Assembly (NCBI GenBank): GCA_965235115.1
Contig: OZ249436.1
Span: 16,370,001 to 16,434,000 of the forward strand
Length of the DNA: 64,000 nt
Direction of reading: 5' to 3'
Source: Laetmonice hystrix
Lineage: Eukaryota
Every line of letters starts with the position of its first letter. The stretch's first letter is position 1. This document shows positions 38,535-51,600 of this stretch, piece after piece. The position numbers and the translations under genes are program-made. The notes under the pieces were generated by a model. The model ran no database searches. It worked only from the letters and a program-made list of their open reading frames with translations, and was not told where the DNA came from.

Positions 38535-40733
38535 CTGACTGTATTTTTCTTTTGAAATGCACGGGCATCAGGGGTAACCCAATTACTTTGACAATGTCCC
38601 TAAAGAGAAAAATTGTATAGTCCTCTACAGGAATCGAACCCAGGCCCTAAGATTACTGCACCCATGTGATTAGGCCTGCTCTATAATATTATACCCAGCC
38701 TGCGTACATACAGGGTCCTAATCACTACAGGCAGGTGGGGTCACCGCCAAAACTTCCTTTTTAGGGAGGTGGCGGTGGCCGAGTGGGCATGGGCGTCGAT
38801 ACCTTATCATGCTATGCGAATGGGTGCAGTATAATCTTGGGGCCGGGGTTCGATTCCTGTAGAGGACTATACGACTTTTCTCTTTAGGGACATTGTCAAA
38901 GTAATTGGGTTACCCCTGATGCCCGTGCATTTCAAAAGAAAAATAGTCAGGTGGGGTATAGCCTATAGGTTCCTATAATAACAGGCAGGTGGCGTATAGA
39001 CTCTATAGATATCTAATCACTACAGGCAGGTGGGGTACATAGGTTCCTAATCACACCAAAGCTTCTTTTTTAGGGGAGTCGCAGTGGCCGAGGGGCATGG
39101 GTGTCGACACCTTATGCTGTGCGAATGGGTGCAGTAATCTTGGGGCCGGGGTTCGATTCCTGTAGAGGACTATACAACTTTTCTCTTTAGGGACATGTGC
39201 ATTGTCAAAGTAATTGGGTTACCCCTAATGCCCGTGCATTTCAAAAGATAAATACAGTCTACGCCAGTGCCAGGATTACCTTAACAGTCAATGTTCGGTA
39301 GAAATCATGTGTAGCTCTAACTCGGAAAATATGGATTCCGTCTCATTTCAAAAAGAAGTGTGTAGGGGGGAGGGTCCATTGTCCTGCTCGACCACCAAAG
39401 CTCCTTTTTTAGGGGAGTCGCGGTGGCCGAGTGGGCATGGGTGTCGACACCTTATGCTATGCGAATGGGTGCAGTAATCTTAGGGCCGGGGTTCGATTCC
39501 TGTAGAGGACTATACAACTTTTCTCTTTAGGGACATTGTCAAAGTAATTGGGTTACCCCTGATGCCCGTGCATTTCAAAAGAAAAATACAGGCAGCTAGG
39601 TGAGGTAGCTAGGCCTATCCTAATCACGACAGTCGGGTGGGGTATAGAGGGCCCTAATCACTACAGTCAGGTGGGGTAGGCCTATATAGGAACCTAATCA
39701 CTACAGGCAGGTGCGGCACATAAGGTCCTAATCACATTACCTTAACAGTCAATGTTCGGTAGAAATCATGTGTAGCTCTATCCAGGAAAATATGGATTCC
39801 GTTTCATTTCGGAAGACGTGTGTAGGGGGGAGGGTCCATTGTCCTGCTCGACCACCAAAGCTTCCTTTTTAGGGGAGTGGCGGTGGCCGAGTGGGCATGG
39901 GCGTCGACACCTTATGCTATGCGAATGGGTGCAGTAATCTTGGGACCGGGGTTCGATTCCTGTAGAGGACTATACAACTTTTCTCTTTAGCCAAGTTTAG
40001 GGACATTGTCAAAGTAATTGGGTTACCCCTGATGCCTGTGCATTTCAAAAAAGAAAAATACAGTCTATGCCAGTGCCAGGATTACCTTAACAGTCAATGT
40101 TCGGTAGAAATCATGTGTAGCTCTATCTAGGAAAATATGGATTCCGTCTCATTTCGGAAGATGTGTGTAGGGGGGAGGGTCCATTGTCCTGCTCGACCAC
40201 CAAAGCTCCTTTTTTAGGGGAGTGGCGGTGGCCGAGTGGGCATGGGTGTCGACACCTTATGCTATGCGAATGGGTGCAGTAATCTTGGGGCCGGGGTTCG
40301 ATTCCTGTAGAGGATTATACAACTTTTCTCTTTAGGGACATTGTCAAAGTAATTGGGTTAGACCTGATGCCCGTGCATTTCAAAAAAGAAAAAACAGTCT
40401 ACGCCAGTGCCAGGATTACCTTAACAGTCAATGTTCGGTAGAAATCATGTGTAGCTCTATCTAGGAAAATATGGATTCCGTCTCATTTCGGAAGATGTGT
40501 GTAGGGGGTGGGTCCATTGTCCTGCTCGACCACCAAAGCTCCTTTTTTAGGGGAGTGGCGGTGGCCGAGTGGGCATGGGTGTCGACACCTTATGCTATGC
40601 GAATGGGTGCAGTAATCTTGGGGCCGGGGTTCGATTCCTGTAGAGGACTATACAACTTTTCTCTTTAGGGACATTGTCAAAGTAATTGGGTTACCCCTGA
40701 TGCCCGTGCATTTCAAAAAAGAAAAATACAGTC
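38535..40733 (+). repeat. Array of tRNA-derived (SINE-like) Pol III modules: 6 direct copies plus 1 inverted partial copy; full unit about 333 bp
   Basis: Each direct copy has A box TGGCCGAGTGG, B box GGTTCGATTCC and a downstream TTTT. Copies start near 38745, 39053, 39393, 39853, 40198 and 40531. The inverted copy spans 38535-38663. Confidence 0.85.
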
Positions 40734-42384
40734 AGGTGGGGGTACGTAAGGTCCTAATCACTACAGTCAGGTGGGGTATACATTGTATATATATAGGGGA
40801 GTAATCACGAGAGTCAGTTGGTCCCGTGTCAGTCGTGTTGCCGAATCGAATTGGGCGGAGACTGGGCGTGGCGTATGCTTTGATTGGCACTGCCTGTAGT
40901 GATTAAGCTTCCTGTAGTGGTTCAAAAATAGCATCTACCGCAGGTGGAAGCAGACACTCTCTGGTGGTAGGTGATAGGCAGTGTATGGTTATAGTCAGGG
41001 AATATTGCAAAAATCGGTGTTGGTGTCCCCCCTATCCGGAAAGAATTGAAGATGTTTAATTCCGTCTTAGTTAGGTTGTGAGGGGTAAACCTGGGTTTTT
41101 TTTATGATTTTGAATCGATTGCATACATTTTTTGATGGTAAGGTTTATGGTAAGGAATTTGTTCCCAGATTGCCCCGATTTCTCATATTATTCCCTGACT
41201 ATATGGTTGTTTGTAGTCGGTTGGTATTCCGTTAGGTTGATTAAGGTAATAGTGCGAGAGGTCTTCCCGATATATTGCTATAGTCTTGAGAGGGGCAAGA
41301 AAGCTCTGATAGCTGTTGGCTTCGGGTGAGATGAATAACACTCCATTATTCACGATCATAATCTAAGTTGAGTAGATAATCCCTTATTCACAAACTGATA
41401 GCTAGGTGCCAGGTGCTAGCTAGGGTGAGATGGATAGCCTAACACTCTATGACTCAGGTTCAATCCTTTATTCACGAAAAGTTGACTAGATAATCCCGTA
41501 TTCACGAACATAATCCAATTTGAATAGATAATCGATAGACTTATTGACGGATATAATCCAAGTTGAGAAGATAATTCCTTATTCACGGACATAATCCAAG
41601 TTGAATAGATAATCCTTATTGATGAACATAATCCAAATTGAGTAGATAATTCCTTATTCACGGACATAATCCAAGCTGAGCAGATAATCCTGGAAGTACA
41701 TGTATATGGTAGCCCAGCGATCACACACTAGTCATTAAACCAGGTAAAACACTCCACGTATGTTGCTTACTCCATGAATGCTGTCTATTTCCACAATAAG
41801 TTCTGAACACCTAGGTCTATAGGCCTAATACTTCAATCGTCCCAATACTTCGGCATCTGGAGATAGAAATTGTGAAGGAATGTGAAAGTTTTTCGAAACA
41901 TTTAGGCCTGGCTCTATAGCCTACCAATCACTTTTGTCACTTCATACAAAAAAGGGGCGCGCCCACCCCTGCGCGCCGCCCCCCTTTGATCCGCGCCTGC
42001 AAACGTTAGGCAAGAAGGGCAAATTGAGGCCCAAGGGGGGGATCCTCTGGATCCGCAGCTGGAATCCCACCAAGTGTTTCGATAATTACACGAGGAGATA
42101 GAGCACAAGTGATCACTTTCTAGGCCTAAACTCCCAACTGCTCACGAAGGGCTCAGTTAAACACGTAGGCCTATGTAAGTCTACACGATTATGAACGTCA
42201 CCGACCGAGATTGAAGGTGGTCAGGATAACACAAACGAATCTCACCGTGTTATTTAGAAATAACCGAGACCAAAAACATATTGTTGGCAGCAACACTTTA
42301 ATTACTCAAGCGTGTTTTCCATAACGACAGTGAAAATAATAATTGGTTGTCTTATTTGAGGGAGAGATTGTGTTCTTATCACAG

Positions 42385-42675
42385 GGAGGGGCGTGTCCCT
42401 ATCAGAGGAATGGGCGTGTCCCTGTCAGAGGAATGGGCGTGTCCCTATCAGAGGAATGGGCGTGTCCCTGTCAGAGGAATGGGCGTGTCCCTATCAGAGG
42501 AATGGGCGTGTCCCTGTCAGAGGAATGGGCGTGTCCCTGTCAGAGGAATGGGCGTGTCCCTGTCAGAGGAATGGGCGTGTCCCTATCAGAGGAATGGGCG
42601 TGTCTCTATCAGCGGAATGGGCGTGTTCTTATTGAAGGAAGGGGCGTGTCCTTATCGGACAGCAGGGGCGTGTCC
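42385..42675. repeat. 23-bp minisatellite starting at the NWD-like stop codon (3' UTR)
   Basis: gggcgtgtccctatcagaggaat x about 12. A minus-strand ATTAAA lies near 42300. Confidence 0.9.
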
Positions 42676-45600
42676 TCATTGACGTCGATCAGTGTCTATG
42701 TCTGGATCGTCGGGCTCACAGATAGCATCTTCTTCCTTGTCTCCAGTAGGGAAAGCCACATTAAGGTCTGAAAGAAAGAAGTCAATAACACTGCCAGTGA
42801 CTCAATATCATTTGCTGGAACCTTCTTTCAATTTCATGAGTGAGCATTCTAAAAATGGTAAATGTTGGCAAATAAACAGACTCACCTATTCTTTGGTAGA
42901 GTTTCTCTCGGACTTTACGCATGCGTGACTTGGGTCTGGTGGTCCGACTGACAACTTGAAGTTTGATAACACCGGTGGTGCTATCAATGAGGACGGCCTT
43001 CCCCTCTTCTACCATGGCCACATCGTCTGCCTAAACACATAGCGACACACCCAGTGAACCTTCTACCAGTCACATCGTCTGTGGTTATATAAGGAGGGGC
43101 GTGTCCTTATTAGGGGGTATTGCATGGTGAGTGCCCTCCTCAGAAACCTAGAGACGCTCCTGAACAGAGAATTTTAATTATTTTGGAAGCCCTTCATTTC
43201 ATTCAATTAAGCAATCCTTAGGTTGTCGGGAGTTTTTTTTTTATACATTGTATCTACGTTCTTTGGGGAGGTGATGCACGAAAGGGCAGGAATTGTTACC
43301 TCAGTATCAGGTGTGAACGTTCCCAAAAGTTGAAACTTGTTTTCCTCCAGGTCAAACCTCCAGTATCGAAGCGTTTTTTCCTCTGGCCCATCAAACCACG
43401 TGACGACATAGGCTTTGTTTTCTGACGTCATCATATGGTTGGCGTTGATGCCAACATCTTGCTGACAAACCACTGTTCCTGTGTGAATATTAACTAAACT
43501 GAACCGCTGTGTGTAAATATTCACAGTAAACCGCACCACTCGGTATAAACCATAAAAGTTTTGACAGAAACTGATTCTTAAAAAACACGCAATATTTACC
43601 GCATAACATATAAATATAAATCTGTCAACGGCTCTGTGTAAATAGTCACAGTAAACTGAACGGCTCTGTGTAAATATTCACAGTAAACTGAACCGCTCTG
43701 TGTAAATGTTACGTGCCATCGGTCGATCTCGCCGACCGACCAACCCATCGGTCGATCGACCAACGGGTGGCCCATCAGCTGATGGACAACCGGTTAGTCG
43801 ATCCGCTGCTGGGTCTGACCCATCGGCCGATGGGTTAGGTGTCCGCGCTGTTGGTGGATCTGACCCATCGGTGGAAATCTTTTCCGACAAGGAGAGCGAG
43901 GTTTTAGCTTTAGGAAATAAGGGACCTTGCCTGTTTTTAAGCAAGCATATTTCAAAAACTTAATAATCAAACATTAACGGCAATAATATTGTGTAGGGTA
44001 TACGACTAACTACCATCCTATGTAAACATTCAACCATCAACGGGTACAGGTGTAGATTGGCACCAGGTTCTACATCAGGCCAGGGCCCAAATTAACAATG
44101 AAACCATCAACGGTCATGTACTGGTGTACATAGGCACCAGGTTCTACATCAGGCCGGGGCCCAAACAAACAATGAAACCATCAACGGTCATGTACTGGTG
44201 TAGATGGCCACCAGGTTCTACATCAGGCTAGGGCCCAAACAAACAATGAAACCATCAACGGTCATGTACTGGTGTACATGGGCACCAGGTTTTACATCAG
44301 GCCAGGGCCCAAACAAACAATGAAACCATCAACGGTCATGTACTGGTGTACATAGGCACCAGGTTCTACATCAGGCCAGGGCCCAAACAAACAATGAAAC
44401 CATCAACGGTCATGTACTGGTGTAGATGGCCACCAGGTTCTACATCAGGCTAGGGCCCAAACAAACAATGAAACCATCAACGGTCATGTACTGGTGTACA
44501 TGGGCACCAGGTTCTACATCAGGCCGGGGCCCAAACAAACAATGAAACCATCAACGGTCATGTACTGGTGTACATAGGCACCAGGTTCTACATCAGGCCA
44601 GGGCCCAAACAAACAATGAAACCATCAACGGTCATGTACTGGTGTAGATGGGCACCAGGCTCTACATCAGGCCAGGGCCCAAACAAACAATGAAACCATC
44701 AACGGTCATGTACTGGTGGACATGGGCACCAGGTTCTACATCAGGCCAGGGCCCAAACAAACAATGAAACCATCAACGGTCATGTACTGGTGTACATGGG
44801 CACCAGGTTCTACATCAGGCCAGGGCCCAAACAAACAATGAAACCATCAACGGTCATGTACTGGTGTACATAGGCACCAGGTTCTACATCAGGCCGGGGC
44901 CCAAACAAACAATGAAACCATCAACGGTCATGTACTGGTGTAGATGGGCACCAGGCTCTACATCAGGCCGGGGCCCAAACAAACAATGAAACCATCAATT
45001 TCTAACATGGTGTTTGGTGTTGTGCCTCACCTCGACCGTTCTCTCCTATGTATATCATTTGGATATACGTGTGACCAAGTTGACGGAGAATAACATTTCG
45101 GCCCTCGTCTGGGAGATCCAGATCTCTCCTTCCCGGGACAGGCTTTGTAAACCCCGCCGACTGACCTGTAAGGGAATTGAAGAACAATGATGTTTGGTCC
45201 CGTCTTCTGTTAGGCTAAATAAATCAGGTCCGACTTCATTACCAGAATGGGAGAGTAGCATGTGGGATTGGAGCAATCAGAACACGCGGAAGCGCCATGT
45301 TGGCGAACAAATAATTACCGATTTTCAACTGTTAATTCTACAGGGCAGTATGGGTAATAGGGATTGGCTAATTTGGTACCATGGGTATTATTACTCCATG
45401 ACAGGTGGGTATCATGGTAAGTAAAACTTCTGGAATTACCTTTTCCAACCTCAACAATACAAACGTCACTGCCAGAGGGTTCGGCAGCGTGCTCGCTGTC
45501 CATAGATACAATCAGGTGTTTTCCTGATTCACTGAAGCTCAAGTTTACATGCTCATGTCTTAAACTTGGGAAGAGACTCCGACAGTTGAGAACAGAGATG

Positions 45601-48600
45601 ACTGTCCGCTTGTTGAGATCCCACATGTAGATGGAAGGTGTATGTCGGACGTACAGCGCAGCAATCACCGTGCCCTCGCTGTTAACCTGAGCACAAGTCA
45701 ATGTCAGTGAAACTCTATGTCAGGGGAAGAGATCACTGGTATGGCACGTTAAGTATAAAAACAAAGAACGAAAATACCACAGGAGAGCATGTCATGTCAT
45801 AAAGATTACAAGCACTGAAGAGAAAGCCAGAACCAGTAAAAGAAATAGACCAAAGGGGCAACATACAAAGGCAGTGATCGGCGTCACAGAACAAGTGAGA
45901 GAAACAGTCCCAAGGTTTGAGATAGAAAGATTGAGGCAGTGACCGGCGTCACAGAACAAGTGAGAGAAACAGCCCCAAGGTTTGAGATAGAAAGATTGAG
46001 GCAGTGACCGGCGTCACGGAACCAGTGAGAGAAACAGCCCCAAGTTTTGAGAGAGAAAGATTGAGGCAGTGACCGGCGTCACAGAACCAGTGAGAGAAAC
46101 AGCCCCAAGGTTTGAGAGAGAAAGACTGAGGCAGTGACCAGCGTCACAGAACAAGTGAGAGAAACAGCCCCAAGGTTTGAGAGAGAAAGATTGAGGCAGT
46201 GACCGGCGTCACAGAACAAGTAAGAGAAACAGCCCCAAGGTTTGAGAGAGAAAGACTGAGGCAGTGACCGGCGTCACAGAACCAGTGAGAGAAACAGCCC
46301 CAAGGTTTGAGAGAGAAAGATTGAGGCAGTGACCGGCGTCACAGAACAAGTGAGAGAAACAGCCCCAAGGTTTGAGAGAGAAAGATTGAGGCAGTGACCG
46401 GCGTCACAGAACAAGTGAGAGAAACAGCCCCAAGGTTTGAGAGAGAAAGATTGAGGCAGTGACCGGCGTCACAGAACAAGTGAGAGAAACAGCCCCAAGG
46501 TTTGAGAGAGAAAGATTGAGGCAGTGACCGGCGTCACAGAACCAGTGAGAGAAACAGCCCCAAGGTTTGAGAGAGAAAGACTGAGGCAGTGACCAGCGTC
46601 ACAGAAGAAGAGACCAAGGTTTGGGAGAAAAAGGTAGAGGCCGTGATCTGCATCACAGATCTCTGCTAACTGTTAATTACTCCTTCACCGGGAGATAATT
46701 TCCTATGCCTTCAGAAAACAAATCATAACAACGCAACTATACTACATGTATATTACGGAAAAAGTGTCAAACGAAAATTTCTATTGAATGCATGGCGTTA
46801 AGAGCATTTTAACTTACTACTAATACATTATTCAGTCGTGTAACTTTTCAGTTTATCGAGGAGTAAACGTATTGTGCCTTACACATGTCGTGTCGTGTCG
46901 TGAACATATTGTGCTAGCTTGCATGTGTCGTAAGAATGAACTTTTAGTGCTTTGGTAGTTTTTACTATCAACCGATGGTGTGACTTATCCCTCTGAACCA
47001 ACCGACCAAGAATTTCTAATGTCAGCAAACACGTTCATACTATGGGGTGCCAAGTGTTACCTTTATAATTTCGTACAGGAAATTATTTTTCGTAAATGAA
47101 ATTATAATTTCGTAGACGAATATCCATTTCATATACGGAATGACATTTCGTCTACGCACTTATCAATTCCGTCATCGAAATTCACTACTGTCTCAATGGC
47201 ATTTAGTACACGAAATGGTCATAATGAAGATGGAATTCCATTCTGTATTACAGAATGGATTATTGTGGAGACAAAATGGTATTTCGTAGACAAAAATTAT
47301 TTTATGGGCACGAAAGTCAATTCCGTGGACCGAACTGATTATTATGTAGACGAAATTGAATTTCGTACACGAAATGGACTTTAAGGAGACGAAATTCCAT
47401 TCTGTATATGGAATAGAATTGTTGAGACGAAATTATACTTAATAGAAGGAGCAAAATGTGCCATCATTCTCGTAGATGGAATGGATGTACTGTGGAGATG
47501 AAATAGAATTTCATACACGAAATGAATACTATGGAGAAGGAATTCCATTTCGCAAACAAAATGGATGATTGTTGAGACGAAAGTGAATTTCGTTGACAGA
47601 ACTGATTTTTGTGTAGACAAAATGTCATTTCGTTTACGAAAAAGAACTTCGTGTACGAAATTATAATTTCGTTTACGAAAAAGAATTTCGTGTATGAAAT
47701 TATAATTTCGTTTACGAAAACGAAATTTCGTGTTCGTGACACATAATGGATACTGTGGAGACGAAAATCATTCTCGGAGACAGAATGGATGTACTGTGGA
47801 GACGAAATGGAATTTGGTACACGAAATGAATACTATGGAGACGAAATTCCATTTCGTAGACAAAATGGATGATTTTTGAGACGAAAGTGAATTTCGTGGA
47901 CAGAATTGGTTATTGTGTAGACGAAATGTCTTCCGTATATGAAATGGATATTACGTCTACGATATTATAATTTCGTTTAAGAAAAAGAATTTTGTGTACG
48001 AAATTATAATTTCGTTTACTTCGTTTACGAAAAAGAATTTCGTGTACGAAATTATAAAGGTAATACTTGGCACCCCATATTATACAAGCAAACAAGAAGC
48101 ATTATGCACAAATACGCTTGTTTTTTTCAAAGATCAAAAACAAAAGAGCAAAGGTGTTTAACTCACAGACACGTGTGTAAGTGACTGAGGAAATAATGTA
48201 AGAACACCACACAAGAGTTAGAACAGATAAAATGGCTAAATCAATAACGAAAGCAAGTTCGTGGATCAGTAAAATCGGACTCTCCCCGCAAAACAAGAGA
48301 TGAAAATGCTTCACTTCAGAATAACAACGAAGGATTCTGAAAAATAATAATCAAATAATAGCCAAATGAGTTAGAAACGTCCTTGGAAGATTAAGAATTT
48401 ATTTTACAGATTACCCTGGATGTATAGGCTATATAGGTTTTGTCTGACGGGTGAGGACCCACCTTGAGTTGGTCTAACTTCACCTGGCCAGGGGGGGGGG
48501 GGTATAGACCAGGTTTTGGGTCTAACTTCACCTGGCCGGGGGGGGGGGGGTATAGACCAGGTTTTGGGTCTAACTTCACCTGGCCGTGGGTATAGACCAG

Positions 48601-51600
48601 GTGTTGGTCTAACTTCACCTAGCCGTGGGGGAAGGGGGTATAGACCAGGTGCTGGTCTAACTTCACCTGGCCGTGGGGGGGGGGGGGTAGACCAGGTTTT
48701 GGGTCTAACTTCACCTGGCCGGGGGGGGGGGGGGTATAGACCAGGTTTTGGGTCTAACTTCACCTGGCCGGGGGGGGTATAGACCGGGTTTTGGGTCTAA
48801 CTTCACCTGGCCGGGGGGGGGGGGGGTATAGACCAGGTTTTGGGTCTAACTTCACCTGGCCGTGGGTATAGACCAGGTGCTGGTCTAACTTCACCTGACC
48901 GTGTGGGGGGGGGGGAGGGGGTATAGACCAGGTGCTGGTCTAACTTCACCTAGCCGTGGGGAGAGGGGGTATAGACCAGGTGCTGGTCTAACTTCACCTG
49001 GCCGTGGGGGGGGGGGGGGTAGACCAGGTGTTGTCTGACGGGTGTAGACCCACCTTGAGCTGGTCTAACTTTGCCTGGCCGTGGGGTGTGCGGGCCAGGT
49101 ATTCTGTGATGGTCTGGGTGGACGGGACCAGCCGTCCACATAGCTCGCCTTTCATGGGGTCATAGACCTTCAGGTACCGCCCCCCGCGTGACTCGGTCAG
49201 CAGCTCTGTACGAGGGCAACAACAAAAGCATGAAGCAGATGGAAATCATATGTGTAGGAAATGCATTCATGTACAGCTAAGACTAAACACAACCGACCAG
49301 ATATAATAGCAAACTGTAGAGACTTCACCCTTTAAGTACTTTTGTACTGAAATAATTACACGTCGTGCCTTAGTTTGAAAGGACATTTGTCAGTATTCAC
49401 AGGAGAAAAGGCACACAATTATTGACTGATGAAGGGCACGCAAAGTGGAGTGAATCGAAAACAATAATGGTAAAGTGAATTATTTAAAATGTAGACCTGC
49501 AGGCTAAGTGGCAAGGTATATCTCCAGCCTGATTCCAAATTTAAGGCGAGTGTCCCATAACAGTGGCCACTATTTCCCGCATGCACACTCATGCACGGGG
49601 GCACGTGCCTCTCAAGATATACCAGCAATTCTGCAGTATGAAGAATGTCACTATATAAGGTTGTACAGAATTCTGCAGTTTGAAGAATGTCACTATAATT
49701 ATAAGGCTGTACGGAATTCTGCAGTATGAAGAATGTCACTTAGTTTATAAGGATGTATACAGCAGTATACAAAAGAGAGTATAATGTTTTCAAATCATGG
49801 ACGGGTTAGTGTTGTTATATAGTAGTGCAAACAAAGCCATTCTATAAGGTTTTGAAATACTGGTTTTTACTGATATAGGCCTAGTAGTGTACCGAACGCC
49901 TCTATAGAAGGGTTTTTTGGAGGAACTCTATTCGGTGTCCAATTATAACGAAAGTAGTTGTTCTACAAATCCACCAGGTGGCGGGCCTGCGCTCGGTGCC
50001 TTACCTTTTCGCTGTTTGACGTAGAGGATATAGGGAGGTCGTTCGTCAAACGTCAGGCCTTGTAACACCTGGTAGATTGTGAAATGTCGAAGGTCCATAA
50101 GTTTGACCCGTCTGTTCTCAGTCAGAACGATCGTCTGATCATCGTAGATGGTGTGAATATAGACACTCCTGGGCGGGAGAAACATTCGGCGCACGCAGCT
50201 CATCACGGTCACATCCCAGACACTGAAACATATCGAGTACTCGTCTTCCAAGTCATTGTGTACCACTGCCACGTAGGTCGGGTCATCGAGACGGAGGAAC
50301 CTTGTCCTAACCTTCACGTCATCCTGGACACTCTTGTCTCGCGTCCAGTAATTCTTCACGTCGTCAGTAGTTAGTAAATTATTGGTGTTAAACTTGTCGG
50401 CAGCGTCTCCGATAATTCCAGTAAACATGGCGTCAAACTGAGCCTGGACTGCGGCAGTGTCAGCGCCCTTGGCAACCTTAGCCTGACCCGTGAATGACGA
50501 TACATCCTGCTCGAACTCCTCTTTACTTTTATCCCAGATACGAACCACGTTGTCAGCAGCAATCGTTACCAGAACCTGAGCGTCCACGCCCACCACTTTC
50601 TTCACCTTACACGGATGCTGGAGGCCAACCGTTCTCTCATTGGTTTGTAAGTTCCACGTGCCGACATAGGTGCCCTGGGTGTAGTAAAACCAGGGACTTC
50701 CCGTGGGCAGGTAGAAGTTAGCCATGGTGGCCCGTGTGTCCCCCTGAAGGATCCGTAACTGCTGGCCCTCTGCCAGCCGGTAGATGAGCAGGTTCTGATT
50801 GCTACCATTGCACACCAACAATAAGGAGTTGTCCCCAGTGATAGCCAGGCCACTGATGTGGTCGTCCGACTGGGCTGGGTAGTCTGGGGTCAGGGAGGCG
50901 GGGTTGTACCGGTGTGGTGTAAAGATACTGACCGTCTGATGGGCCGTGTCTCCCTGCCCCGTGGAAATGACGAAGTACTGGTGGCCGCGGTGACCGGCGT
51001 ACACGACGTAAGGACCTGAGGTAAGCAGGAAACGATCCGCCATGTTTATTCCGCCGTGATGGGTACTCCAGTCGTCCAATCTTAACGTCACCGTATTCAC
51101 ACAGCTCGTCCTGTCCACATCCCACACATCAAGGGCCGTGTTCCGCATTGTAACAAGTCTTTCAGAGTTCTGCGGACCCTCGCACAGCCCGATCTTCATA
51201 CACATCGTCTTTCTGCAAACAGCGGCGCAATGAATGCAGAGAACGAAGACACATTAGGTCTACAATGCTGATCTAATACGGAGGGGGGGGGAGGTCCAAG
51301 CGATCTAAAGTGAAAGGACGACATGAAAGAAGGAAAGGGTTTTTTGACTTTTTGAAAGATGGAAACTAGCCTCAAAAAGGATGTGGGTCTGTGGTGGAAC
51401 TATTTGACCGGACGGCACGATTTCAGGCGCGTGTGCAGGATTTTTAGAAGTGGGGGGGGGGGGGGGGGTCTCAGGAAATTTTAAAAAATTAGAAACTCTG
51501 AGACGCAATTCCCCGCCATTTAGGGGCCATTTTAGGCATTATATTTTGTGGATTCATCGCTCAACGGGTTCAAAACGGCGGGAATGATTAGAAAAAAATC

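Noticed and set aside
38760..40650. tRNA gene cluster
   Set aside because: A and B boxes are present, but the acceptor, anticodon and T stems do not pair properly. These are tRNA-derived, not tRNAs.
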